64,000 nucleotides of DNA from Patescibacteria group bacterium (GTDB lineage: Bacteria; Patescibacteriota; Minisyncoccia; Phycocordibacterales; SIBU01), in NCBI GenBank assembly GCA_040390045.1, contig JAZJZC010000004.1:67157-131156 (forward strand), given 5' to 3'. A program made the translations under genes and the position numbers. Each line of letters opens with the position of its first letter. Within the stretch, counting starts at the first letter, position 1. Of this stretch, positions 27,479 through 38,400 are shown in pieces. The notes under the pieces are model-generated. The model was not told the origin of the DNA. It made no database searches and saw only the letters and a program-made list of their open reading frames with translations.

Positions 27479-27756
27479 AAATATCCAGTTCGTTTTTCTA
27501 AATAATTTATATCACAACCAAGCTATAAATCCAGTACTTGCTTTAGATAGGCCCTTTCTGTTAGACTTATGCCACAAATCAATAGTATCCAGAGGATGGT
27601 GAGAGTCATTGGCTTTAAGACCCATCCAGCAACTTGTCCCGAGCGTAGTCGAGGGATAAAGTGCTCAACCCAATCCCGTAAGGGAAAGATAACCGGTCAA
27701 ACTCTTTCCCAAACGGCGAAAGTTTTTTTTATAAATTTATTACGTTAATTCACTCA

Positions 27757-28815
27757 ATGAGTAAGAAAAATAATACATATACTGTAGAGAGTGTAACCTG
27801 CGGCCACCCTGACAAGGTCTGCGATCAGATTTCTGATGCAATTTTAGATGCATGTTTGGCGCAAGATCCAAAAAGCCGCGTTGCTGTGGAAACCTTCGGT
27901 AGTCACGGGCACTTAGTGCTCGGTGGAGAGGTCACAACCAAGGCCAAGGTCAATTACAAAAAAATCGCTGCGGACGTTTACAAAAAAATTGGATACACCA
28001 AAAAACTCGATATTCAGGTGTTCATTGTTCAGCAGTCACCTGACATTGCTCAGGGGGTTGATACTGGCGGAGCGGGAGATCAGGGAATTATGTACGGTTT
28101 TGCCACGAATGAAACTCCAGAGTATTTGCCACTTGGCGTAGTTTTGGTGCACAAACTTGCTAAGGGATTGGAAAAATTACGAACCAGCGGCGCAATTAAA
28201 TGGCTCAAACCCGACGGTAAAACTCAAGTGACGTTTCTCAATGGGAAAATTTGCACAGTTCTTGTCAGTACTCAGCATGATAAAAAAATTACCCACGCCG
28301 AAATTAAAAAAACTATAACTGAGAAACTTATCAAACCAATTTTGGGAAAGCTTGCCGATGGGGTGGAAATTCTTGTAAATCCAACCGGTTCATTCGTTCA
28401 GGGTGGATTTGAGGCTGACGCGGGACTTACAGGGCGAAAAATTATCGTTGATACCTACGGAGGCCTAGTGCCACACGGTGGAGGTTGTTTTTCCGGAAAA
28501 GATTTGACGAAAGTTGATCGTTCAGGAGCCTACATGTGCCGATTTGTTGCCAAAAATTTGGTTGCAAACGGCTATGCCAACGAAGCTATGGTTTCTGTGG
28601 CCTACGCCATCGGGCATATTGATCCGCTCATGGTCTATGCTGTAGATGAAAATGGAAAAGATTTGTCAGCTATTGTAAAAAAACATTTTGATTTTCGACC
28701 GCGAGCAATTATTGAAAAATTGGATTTGCTCAAACCGCAATATCAGCAAACTGCCGCCTATGGGCATTTTGGAAAATTGGGATTGCCGTGGGAGAAGATT
28801 GTGAAGATGAAATAA
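27757..28815 (+). CDS. metK: S-adenosylmethionine synthetase
   Basis: ESVTCGHPDKVCDQISDAILDA, GAGDQGIMYGFA, GRKIIVDTYGG. Confidence 0.92.
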   Translation: MSKKNNTYTVESVTCGHPDKVCDQISDAILDACLAQDPKSRVAVETFGSHGHLVLGGEVTTKAKVNYKKIAADVYKKIGYTKKLDIQVFIVQQSPDIAQGVDTGGAGDQGIMYGFATNETPEYLPLGVVLVHKLAKGLEKLRTSGAIKWLKPDGKTQVTFLNGKICTVLVSTQHDKKITHAEIKKTITEKLIKPILGKLADGVEILVNPTGSFVQGGFEADAGLTGRKIIVDTYGGLVPHGGGCFSGKDLTKVDRSGAYMCRFVAKNLVANGYANEAMVSVAYAIGHIDPLMVYAVDENGKDLSAIVKKHFDFRPRAIIEKLDLLKPQYQQTAAYGHFGKLGLPWEKIVKMK

Positions 28816-28816
28816 G

Positions 28817-28935
28817 GGGAGAGAGTAGATAGTCGGTAGATGGTAGTAGGTAGACCAGATTAAAGAAACCCCCGGCGCGCTTTGCGCGCCGGGGGTTTCA
28901 ACAAGTCTACCCACTACCCACTAATTACTACTTTC
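28817..28935. repeat. GTAG/CTAC palindromic repeat enclosing a terminator hairpin
   Basis: tagatagtcggtagatggtagtaggtagac ... terminator ... gtctacccactacccactaattactac. Inner hairpin aaacccccggcgcgc-tttg-cgcgccgggggttt at 28866-28898. Confidence 0.7.
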
Positions 28936-29444
28936 TATTTCACAATAATCACTCCGAGATACTTTGACGTTGGCATACCGGTGTTCAAGTTATAAAATGG
29001 CCACGCACCGGCTGTTGTGAAAGCAAAATAAAATTTACCACCTCTACCAAGAGGTCCAGACTCCTGGGAAAATCCTGGGTAGGTCGTTTCTGGTTTATCT
29101 GTTGAGCCGTGAATTACCATAGCCATACTACTGGAATTTCTAAATTCAACACTTTCACCACGCTTAATTTCAAGAGTCGATGGTACAAAGCCTTTATCGG
29201 TGAGCTCAACTACATTTCCAGTTGGTTTTGGCGTTGGGGTAATAACCTGAGTTGGTGTCTGAGTCATTGGTTTTTTTGTAACTGGCGCAGCTGTTTTAAC
29301 TACCGGCATCTCAGCCTGTGAGTTTGTAGTGTCAACGACTGGCGGAACTTCCGATTCATTCGTTTTGTTAGCAATAAGGATAATTCCGACAACGACAACT
29401 ACGGCAACTCCACCCCAAACCCACTTTGTATAATCTTTTTGCAT
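28935..29444 (-). CDS. membrane-anchored cupredoxin-like domain protein
   Basis: N-terminal TM helix, Pro/Thr linker, and VELTDKGFVPSTLEIKRGESVEF cupredoxin-like strand pattern. Metal ligands not evident. Confidence 0.45.
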   Translation of the reverse strand: MQKDYTKWVWGGVAVVVVVGIILIANKTNESEVPPVVDTTNSQAEMPVVKTAAPVTKKPMTQTPTQVITPTPKPTGNVVELTDKGFVPSTLEIKRGESVEFRNSSSMAMVIHGSTDKPETTYPGFSQESGPLGRGGKFYFAFTTAGAWPFYNLNTGMPTSKYLGVIIVK

Positions 29445-29593
29445 TTTAGATTAGCAATAATAAGAGTATTAATACGACGTGGCAAAATTATACCACAAAA
29501 CTTACAGTTTTGTGGTGGGTTGTGGATAATTGTTATGGTGGGACAGCAAAAATTTACATAAAAATACCTCAGAAAAATTCTGAGGTACACCGA

Positions 29594-30598
29594 TCAATAA
29601 ATGCACTCACCCGCGGACTGACTGATGCCGGCATCGAAAATTTCTCGTGCTCGGCAGGTGCTTCCGAGGATTCGATTCACTCCGGCCTCGTACATAGCTG
29701 CAAAATTACGGTACCGTCGACCGACCTCTCCAATTTCATCTTCGGTGAGAATCGGGTATTTAGGATTGGGTAATCCGTGCGAACGCGTAATGTCGAGCGC
29801 CTTCTTGAAACCTTTTTCGATCAGAAGTTGCCTTAGGTATTCCTTCGAGTAGTGCTCAACCTGTCCCGGCTTGAGCGTTTTGGTCAGAGCATAGCGATCC
29901 TCGTTAGGAGTTCCAAACGAGTCAATCACCACTGGGTGTCTCTTCCGCCCAGACAAGGCAATTTCTTTTTTGCCATCGAGCCTCGTAAAGCCCGCCGACC
30001 GCGCCGCAAGTGCAAGTGCGCCATTGAGGCGATTAATAACTCGCCAGACACTTCGCCATTCGGTCAGAGTAATTCCAGCATACGCCAAGGCTTCTTCTGT
30101 GGTCGCAATTGGGCGGTCGACATCTTCCCATTTCGTAGTCACTTCGTGGGAAGGAAAAGGCAACAGAGTTCCTTCAGTGGGAAGTTTGTCCGAGCCGTCA
30201 CTTTCAAAACCGAAATCAGTCGGTTTCCTTTTTCCCGATATGAAGTCACGGTTGAGGTTGCCCGAAACCGCTTCACGGTCAATCCACTCCAGTGATACCA
30301 TAACGTCGGTCTCACCAGGATTTAATGCCAGCCCCTTTAATGTATTGAACCGGCGCACCAATATCGTCCACTCATCCTCTTGCTCGAGAATGCAGGTCTG
30401 GACGCCGACTGCCGTGGCGATTCGATTTGATGCCATGGTGGCTCGAACCACAGCCTTTCCCATTTCCGGAATTGGCTGTGAGCAGCGGCCGATGTCGAAC
30501 GCAGACCAATTGTTGGTGTGCACGAAAGCGAGGGTTTGCGCGTCGACCTCGTAGATGTCTTTAACGCTACCTTGGTGGATAAGCTCTCTGCTTTTCAT
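29594..30598 (-). CDS. purC: phosphoribosylaminoimidazole-succinocarboxamide synthase
   Basis: GSVKDIYEVD...SAFDIG N-terminus typical of SAICAR synthetase. Locally GC-rich. Confidence 0.8.
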   Translation of the reverse strand: MKSRELIHQGSVKDIYEVDAQTLAFVHTNNWSAFDIGRCSQPIPEMGKAVVRATMASNRIATAVGVQTCILEQEDEWTILVRRFNTLKGLALNPGETDVMVSLEWIDREAVSGNLNRDFISGKRKPTDFGFESDGSDKLPTEGTLLPFPSHEVTTKWEDVDRPIATTEEALAYAGITLTEWRSVWRVINRLNGALALAARSAGFTRLDGKKEIALSGRKRHPVVIDSFGTPNEDRYALTKTLKPGQVEHYSKEYLRQLLIEKGFKKALDITRSHGLPNPKYPILTEDEIGEVGRRYRNFAAMYEAGVNRILGSTCRAREIFDAGISQSAGECIY

Positions 30599-30713
30599 GA
30601 GTTTTGTGTTTGTTGTGTGTTCAGTTGTTCTGTTGCAATACTAGGCTAGGCTCAAATTTTTTGCAAACACTTTTCAAATTTCACCAACTTGTGTATTATT
30701 GTCAGATAAACCT

Positions 30714-31442
30714 ATGCACAAAAATACAATTGTTTACATAATTTGGTCACTAGTCATTGTTGGAGTGTTCGGAATTGGAATTTTTATTTCTCAAAAAAAA
30801 TCTGCTCCTGCCGATCAGTCAAACGTTTCAGTCGACTCAACTGGCGGTACACTAAAAGTTACCGAATTACCAGTTAATCAATATTCAACTGAAAATCCAA
30901 CAGTAACGCCGAAGCCAGAAGAAAAACCAGCCACAAACACCTCTACTAATTCATCAACACAAACTAAAACCATGAACAAAGTTACTCTTGATACCAACTT
31001 CGGAAAAATTGTTTTGGAAATGTATCCAGCCGATGCGCCAAAAACTGTACAAAACTTTTTAACACTCGCACAGAAGGGTTTTTATAACGGAGTAATTTTT
31101 CACCGAGTAATTCCTGGATTTATGATTCAAGGAGGGGATCCAATGGGAACCGGTACAGGCGGCCCAGGATACAAATTTGATGATGAGTTGAATCCAAGCA
31201 CTCCATCATACAAAGCTGGTTACAAAAAAGGCGTGCTCGCCATGGCAAACGCTGGCCCAAACACCAACGGCAGTCAATTTTTCATTATGCTTGCTGATTA
31301 TCCTTTGCCAAACAATTACACCATCTTCGGTCATGTTGTTGTGGGTCAAGATGTCGTTGATGCAATCGGAAAAACTCCTACCGATGAGAGTGATCGACCC
31401 CTTTCGGAGGTGGTTATGAAGAGTGTCACCGTTAGTAACTAA
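30714..31442 (+). CDS. membrane-anchored cyclophilin-type peptidyl-prolyl isomerase
   Basis: FHRVIPGFMIQGGDP and GSQFFI motifs; N-terminal TM helix. Confidence 0.85.
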   Translation: MHKNTIVYIIWSLVIVGVFGIGIFISQKKSAPADQSNVSVDSTGGTLKVTELPVNQYSTENPTVTPKPEEKPATNTSTNSSTQTKTMNKVTLDTNFGKIVLEMYPADAPKTVQNFLTLAQKGFYNGVIFHRVIPGFMIQGGDPMGTGTGGPGYKFDDELNPSTPSYKAGYKKGVLAMANAGPNTNGSQFFIMLADYPLPNNYTIFGHVVVGQDVVDAIGKTPTDESDRPLSEVVMKSVTVSN

Positions 31443-31517
31443 ATTATCTTCAAATTTTCTTTGACATTCTTTCTGGTCTTGATATTATTTTGATAGTTCA
31501 CACAAGAAAGGATTGCT

Positions 31518-31715
31518 ATGCAAACCGCAGTAGTTGGCTGTTGTGACGATTGTCACCACTCTGTCAGTTTCCTGGTAACCGTTGGGTGGAAATTGTGCCA
31601 CCAAAATGAATTGGCGCCAATGATCTGTCTCAAATGCACTCACGATCGACAAAGGGAGAAAAATTCTTCCAATAGGCCGGTCGGAAGCCCGCACGAGACT
31701 ACCTTGCTCGCTTGA
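31518..31715 (+). CDS. small Cys/His-rich hypothetical protein (65 aa)
   Basis: AAAGGA SD 5 nt before ATG. Contains 6 Cys and 5 His (CCDDCHH..C..C..C.H). Could be spurious. Confidence 0.25.
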   Translation: MQTAVVGCCDDCHHSVSFLVTVGWKLCHQNELAPMICLKCTHDRQREKNSSNRPVGSPHETTLLA

Positions 31716-31812
31716 TTTCTCGAAAGATTTATATGGGTACCTGAATAAGGCGCCCTTTTCTTTCTCTTTCTTACCTGAAACCTTAGCTTTTGTTATACAC
31801 ATCCTCAGCTTG

Positions 31813-31841
31813 TTGACAAGGAAGTCCCTATAGTCTATACT
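31813..31841 (+). promoter_or_regulatory. near-consensus sigma70 promoter about 340 nt upstream of rpoB
   Basis: TTGACA-17-TATACT. Confidence 0.5.
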
Positions 31842-32179
31842 TCCGCCTATCTTCGCAAGATTGTGTTACGGGGGAAATTGAAGGGATTGCAAGGTTTATT
31901 GGTCCTTAATAAAATTCCAGATTTGGCACACTTCTTCGTTGCTCGCTCCGTTTGCTCCCGCGCAGTAGTTTACTACAGCTTGGTCGCAATACTCGCGAGC
32001 GCCTCGAATTGTATCCAAATCATGAAATTTTATAACCGCATTTTTCTTGCTTAATCTAACTAAATAACCAAAAATTTTTGGCTGCCTCTCATCCGAGGGA
32101 GTTTTTTGTCTGTATTTTTAAAAGTAAAGTTTAATAGATAAGGGGTGGGGAGATTATTAAAAGCTTTTTTATAAAAATT

Positions 32180-35100
32180 ATGAACACACGACAAATATTT
32201 CACAACGGAAAATTGGAAGAAATGGTTCCGTACGACACCGGCGGAAAACGTTCAAAAAAATATTTCGGAAAGTGGAAAAAGGCTCTCACCGACACCCCAA
32301 ACTTTGTCGCTCCTCAAATCAAGTCATTTGAATGGCTTGTAAAACATGGCCTTGAAGAAGTCTTTAAGGAATTTTCTTCTATTAAAGATTATGCTGGAAA
32401 GAAATTTGAATTGGACTTCACCGGTTTTAAACTCTCCGAACCAAAATTTGACGAATACTATGCCAAGGCCAACAAACTCTCCTACGAAGCGCCGCTCAAG
32501 GGAACCGTTAAGTTAAAAAATAAAGTTTTAGGAACTGTTAAAGAGCAGGAAATTTTCCTTGCCGATTTTCCACTCATGACCAATCACGGAACCTTTATTG
32601 TTTCCGGCATTGAACGAGTTATCGTGCCACAGCTCGCGCGATCATTCGGTATTTCCTTTACTGCGCAAGATATTAAAGGCGGCCGTTACTTCGGAGCTAA
32701 AATTATTCCTTCCCGTGGAGCTTGGATTGAAATTGAAAGTGATCCCGACGGCGCTATTTACGTTCGCATCGATCGAAAGAGAAAATTTGCTGTTACCTCA
32801 CTCCTTCGAATTTTAGGCGCCGCAACTGAAAAAGATATTTTCTCTCATTTTAAGGATAATGAATTTGCTAGAGCAGTACTTGAAACCACCCTCCTTAAAG
32901 ATCACGCCAAAACCGCTGACGATTCATTCCTCGAAGTTCACAAGCGATTGCGAGATGGCGATTTGGGAACAGTTGAAAACGCCAAAGAATTTATTCGCTC
33001 AATTTGGAGTGAAGAACGCTATGATATTTCAAAAGTAGGACGTTTTCGATTCAACAAGCGTTTCAATAAAAGTATGGATCCAAAGGCAATTGCCGTTCGA
33101 ACTATTACGCTTGATGACGTGGTGACTATTGTCTCTCACGTTATTAATCTTAATAACACCCCCGGCTCTATCGAAGACGATATTGATCACTTAGGATCAC
33201 GCCGCGTTCGTTTTGTCGGTGAACTCATGCAACAGAAAATTCGCGTTGGTATGTCTCAAATCAAACGAAACATTCAAGATCGAATGTCGACTGTTGATCC
33301 TGACGTCACCATGCCGGTACAATTTATTTCACCCAAACCTTTGCAGGCACGATTGAAAGAATTCTTCACCACCAACCAACTATCGCAATTCATGCTTCAG
33401 GAAAATATTCTTTCTGAACTCGAACACTTGCGAACGCTTTCTGCTCTTGGTCCCGGAGGTCTTACGCGCGAACGCGCAGGATTCGAAGTGCGCGACGTGC
33501 ATCCATCTCACTACGGCAGACTCTGTCCAATTCATACACCCGAAGGTCCAAACATCGGTTTGATTTTGCGTTTGTCTACCTACGCAACGCTGAATGATTT
33601 CGGCATGATTGAAACTCCATACGCCAAAGTTACCAAGGGTGTTGTTACCAAAGAAATTCACTACTTAGACGCACTCGCCGAAGAGACTTTTAAAATTGCT
33701 CACGCCGCAACTGAATATGACAAAGATGGACGAATCACCAACGATGAAGTTGAAGTGAGAATCAGCGGTAAACCAGGACTCGTCACTCGAGACCAGGTTG
33801 ATTATATCGACGTGGCCACCAACCAAGCCTTCTCGATCGCCACTTCGATGATCCCGTTCCTTAACCACGACGATGCCAACCGAGCGCTCATGGGTTCGAA
33901 CATGCAAAAACAAGCAACTCCATGTTTGGTTCCTGAAGCTCCACTTGTCGCTACCGGCATTGAAGAAAAAGCAGCATTTGATAGCGGACGAATTATTATT
34001 TCTGAGGAAGAAGGAACAGTTACGCATGTTGACGCTTCAAAAATTTCTGTCAAAAATTCAAAAGGTAAGGAACACGAATATCCACTTGTTAATTTTTCTC
34101 GAACCAACGGCTTTACCGCCTTCCATCAACGACCATCGGTTAACCTCGGTGATTCAGTAAAGAAGGGAGACGTGTTGGCTGATACATCATCAAGTTCAAA
34201 CGGCCAAGTAGCTCTCGGACAAAACATGCTCGTAGCCTTCATGTCATGGTCTGGATCAAACTACGAAGACGCTATTATTATTTCCGAACGATTGGTTAAA
34301 AATAGTAAATTCAGTTCAATTCACATTGAGGAATTTGTGGTCAACGTACGCGATACCAAACTTGGGCCCGAAATTACCACTCACGATATTCCAAACGTTG
34401 GCGAAGCTAAACTTAAAAATCTTGACGAAGATGGAGTAGTTCGCGTTGGAGCCGAGGTTCGTTCAGGAGACATCTTGGTTGGTAAAATTACGCCAAAAGG
34501 AGAGACACAACTTACTCCAGAAGAAAGACTCTTGCGATCACTCTTCGGTGAAAAAGCTCGTGACGTCAAAGATACATCAAAGAGAATGGAAGGAGGAAAG
34601 CGCGGCCGCATTATCGGTGTGAAAGTATTCTCTCGTGAAAAAGGAGACAAGCTCGATTCAGGAATCATCAAACGAATTCATATTGAAGTGGCAGAACTTC
34701 GAACGGTGTCTGTGGGAGACAAGCTCGCCGGCCGACACGGTAACAAAGGTGTTATTTCAAAAATTCTTCCAGAAGAAGATATGCCATACATGCCAGACGG
34801 CCGACCAGTGGATGTTATTTTGACTCCACTCGGCGTGCCTTCACGTATGAACCTCGGACAGATTTTGGAATTGCACTTGGGATTGGCCGCACAAATTCAA
34901 GGCTACCAAGCAATCGTTCCTCCTTTTGCCGGAGCAACTGAAACTGAAATCAAAGAAGAATTGGTAAAATCAGGTATTCCAGAATCTGGAAAAGTGAAAC
35001 TTTACGACGGCCGAACCGGTCAGGCGTTTGATCAAGACATTGCCATTGGGTACATGTACATTCTTAAACTGCACCACATGGTTGAAGATAAGATTCACAT

Positions 35101-35449
35101 GCGTTCAATTGGTCCGTACTCACTTATTACTCAGCAACCACTTGGAGGAAAAGCTCAAGGTGGAGGACAGCGATTCGGAGAAATGGAAGTCTGGGCACTT
35201 CTTGGACACGGCGCGGCACATACATTGCGTGAAATTCTGACAATCAAATCTGACGATATTATGGGACGAAGCGCGGCATTCGATTCAATTGTTAAGGGTG
35301 AAGAAATTTCCGAATCAAATGCTCCGGCATCGTTTAACGTTTTGCTCAACAACTTACGAGGATTAGCACTCGACGTTGATCTCAAAGGTCAACTTCCAGA
35401 AGTTCCTGATCAGAAAAGGTCGCGCACAAGAAGTGGAAGTGATCGATAG
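32180..35449 (+). CDS. rpoB: DNA-directed RNA polymerase subunit beta
   Basis: 1089 aa with conserved RpoB blocks (GNKGV, NMQRQA-like, LGGKAQ.GGQRFGEME). Confidence 0.95.
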   Translation: MNTRQIFHNGKLEEMVPYDTGGKRSKKYFGKWKKALTDTPNFVAPQIKSFEWLVKHGLEEVFKEFSSIKDYAGKKFELDFTGFKLSEPKFDEYYAKANKLSYEAPLKGTVKLKNKVLGTVKEQEIFLADFPLMTNHGTFIVSGIERVIVPQLARSFGISFTAQDIKGGRYFGAKIIPSRGAWIEIESDPDGAIYVRIDRKRKFAVTSLLRILGAATEKDIFSHFKDNEFARAVLETTLLKDHAKTADDSFLEVHKRLRDGDLGTVENAKEFIRSIWSEERYDISKVGRFRFNKRFNKSMDPKAIAVRTITLDDVVTIVSHVINLNNTPGSIEDDIDHLGSRRVRFVGELMQQKIRVGMSQIKRNIQDRMSTVDPDVTMPVQFISPKPLQARLKEFFTTNQLSQFMLQENILSELEHLRTLSALGPGGLTRERAGFEVRDVHPSHYGRLCPIHTPEGPNIGLILRLSTYATLNDFGMIETPYAKVTKGVVTKEIHYLDALAEETFKIAHAATEYDKDGRITNDEVEVRISGKPGLVTRDQVDYIDVATNQAFSIATSMIPFLNHDDANRALMGSNMQKQATPCLVPEAPLVATGIEEKAAFDSGRIIISEEEGTVTHVDASKISVKNSKGKEHEYPLVNFSRTNGFTAFHQRPSVNLGDSVKKGDVLADTSSSSNGQVALGQNMLVAFMSWSGSNYEDAIIISERLVKNSKFSSIHIEEFVVNVRDTKLGPEITTHDIPNVGEAKLKNLDEDGVVRVGAEVRSGDILVGKITPKGETQLTPEERLLRSLFGEKARDVKDTSKRMEGGKRGRIIGVKVFSREKGDKLDSGIIKRIHIEVAELRTVSVGDKLAGRHGNKGVISKILPEEDMPYMPDGRPVDVILTPLGVPSRMNLGQILELHLGLAAQIQGYQAIVPPFAGATETEIKEELVKSGIPESGKVKLYDGRTGQAFDQDIAIGYMYILKLHHMVEDKIHMRSIGPYSLITQQPLGGKAQGGGQRFGEMEVWALLGHGAAHTLREILTIKSDDIMGRSAAFDSIVKGEEISESNAPASFNVLLNNLRGLALDVDLKGQLPEVPDQKRSRTRSGSDR

Positions 35450-35467
35450 TTAAACTCAAAAAATACC

Positions 35468-38400
35468 ATGATAAAATCAAAAACCATTGGAAATTTAAAC
35501 ACTTTCGAGAGCATCGGCCTCAAAATTGCCTCTCCCGAGAGAATCAAGGAGTGGTCCTACGGCGAAATCACCAAGCCGGAAACCATTAACTATCGAACAC
35601 AGAGAAGTGAAAAATCTGGGCTATTCGACGAGAAAATTTTCGGCCCAGATCGAGATTACGAATGTTACTGTGGAAAATACCGCGGTATTCGCTATAAAGG
35701 AATTGTCTGTGAAAAATGTGGAGTGGAAATCACTCGCTCAATTGTTCGACGTGAACGAATGGGTCACATTGATCTCGCAACCCCAGTTTCTCACATCTGG
35801 TTTCTCCGAAGTATGCCATCTCGCTTGGGATTAATTCTTGGAATGGCAACGGGAGATTTGGAAAAAGTTATTTACTTCGCCGGTTACATCGTCACCAAGA
35901 TTTTTGAAGACGACCGCGCGCAAATTCTCAAAGATCTCGACGCCGAATACAAATCAAAAGTTAAATCTCTTCAAGACGAGAAATCTAAAGACGCCATTAA
36001 AGAGAAATGTGTCGCTGCTAAAAAAGAAATTGAGAGTGTTCAAGAGGGAACTGTGCTTGATGAAGTGGCCTACCACAACTTCTCCATGAAATACGGCACC
36101 CTTTTCGAAGCTTCAATTGGAGCCGAAGCCGTGTACAGTTTGTGCAAAAATATTGACCTCAAAAAACTTGAGAATAAACTTGAACAGGATTTTCAAGAAG
36201 CCAGCTCGCTCGAAAAAGATAAGATCAACAAACGATTGAGCCTCGTTCGCTCAATGATCAACTCAAACATTCGCCCAGAATGGATGTTTTTGACGCGAAT
36301 TCCTGTTATTCCACCAGCACTTCGACCAATGGTTCCATTAGACGGAGGCCGATATGCTACGTCAGATGTGAACGATTTGTACCGCCGCGTCATCAACCGC
36401 AACAATCGTTTGAAGAAATTGAAAGAAATCAATGCGCCGGATGTTATTTTGCGTAACGAAAAAAGAATTCTTCAGGAAGCCGTTGACTCACTTATTGATA
36501 ACTCAATTCGACACGGCAACACTCCTTCAGGTGCCTTGAATCAATCACAGCGCCGACCGTTAAAATCCCTTTCTGACAACCTTAAAGGTAAACGAGGTCT
36601 TTTCCGACAAAACCTTTTGGGTAAACGCGTTGACTACTCAGCTCGATCGGTTATCGTTGTCGGTCCTGAACTCAAACTCGACCAGTGTGGTTTGCCAAAA
36701 CACATGGCTCTTGAACTTTTCCGACCATTCGTTATCGGCGAACTTCTACGACGCGAATTAGCATTCAACATCCGCGGAGCCGGACGCCTTATCGACGAAG
36801 ATGTTCCGGAAGTTTGGGCTATTCTTGAAGAAATCACCAAAGATAAATACGTTCTTCTAAACCGCGCGCCTACGTTGCACCGATTGGGTATTCAAGCTTT
36901 CCGACCTGTACTTATCGAAGGTAACGCTATTCATGTCCACCCACTCGTTTGTACCGCCTTCAACGCTGACTTCGACGGAGACCAGATGGCTGTCCACCTT
37001 CCGCTTGGAGTTGAGGCTCAGCTCGAGGCCAAGGAAATCATGGCATCTGACAAAAACATTTTGAAACCTGGAAACGGCGATCCGATTGTTTCTGCAAAAA
37101 TGCTCGATATTGTTCTCGGTTGTTACTGGATGACCAAGATTATTCCAGGAGCTACAGGAGAAGGGAAATACTTCTCAAGTCCAAATGCCGCTATCACCGC
37201 GTTCAACTTCGACGCAGTGGAATTCCGCGCAAAGGTGAAAGTCATGGGAACCAGCAACCTCAAGTACAAGGAATTTGAAGGAGGGTTATTTGAAACATCT
37301 GTTGGACGATTGCTCTTCAATAGTGTGCTTCCATCTGACTACCCATACATCAACCAAGATATCGAACGAAAGAAAATGGCATGGCTCGTTGATGATCTCA
37401 TCAACCGCTACGGCATCAAAAATATTCCACCGATCATGGATAAGATAAAGTCCTTCGGTTTCAAATACGCAACCTACTCTGGCGTTACCTGGGGAATTGA
37501 CGATGTCAAAATTCCAGAAAAGAAACCTGAAGTGATTGACGCCGCTAAGAAAAAATCCGACCTCGTACTCAATCAATACAACGAAGGTTTGCTTTCAAAA
37601 GAAGAAAAACTTCGAAAAAATATTGAAATTTGGCACGGTGCTAAAAATGAAATTGAAAAATTAATCCCAGCAACACTTCCAGTAAACGGTTCAGTTCACG
37701 ACATGGTGTTCTCTGGTGCTCGAGGTTCATTTTCACAGATTACTCAGATGGCCGGTATGAAAGGTTTGATTCAAAACACTGCCGGAGAAACTATCGAATT
37801 TCCAATTCTTTCTTCAATGAAAGAAGGTTTGACTCCAATTGAATACTTCATTACCACTCACGGTTCTCGAAAAGGTTTGACTGACACGGCGCTCAACACT
37901 GCCAAAGCCGGATACCTCACTCGAAAATTGTTCGTCGCCGCGCAAGATACGATTGTTACGGAAGAAGATTGTGGAACCAAAGACACCCTAACCATCAAAC
38001 GAGTTGGCGCTCTTGGTGGAGATCCTACATTGGCGAAACACATCAAAGGACGAGTTCTCGGCGCTGACGCCATTGGCAAAAATGGCGAAGTTATTCTCAA
38101 GAAAGGAACCTTGTTGTCAAAAATTGACGCTTTGAAAATCCAGGATGAAGGGGCACTCGAAGCTAAAGTTCGATCACCACTGACCTGTAAATCAATCCAC
38201 GGCGTTTGCATCAAATGTTACGGTGTTGATCTCGGTAAATTTGAATCGGTGGGAATTGGCGAAGCAGTAGGAACCGTTGCCGCTCAAGCTATCGGTGAAC
38301 CAGGAACTCAGCTCACCATGCGTACTTTCCACGCCGGAGGAACCGCGTCTGTCGGAGGAGACATTACGCAAGGTTTGCCTCGCGTTGAAGAACTCTTCGA

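Noticed and set aside
27339-27602. 87-aa plus-strand ORF upstream of metK
   Set aside because: Antisense to a plausible small membrane protein gene and overlaps the predicted metK promoter and leader. Low-complexity translation.
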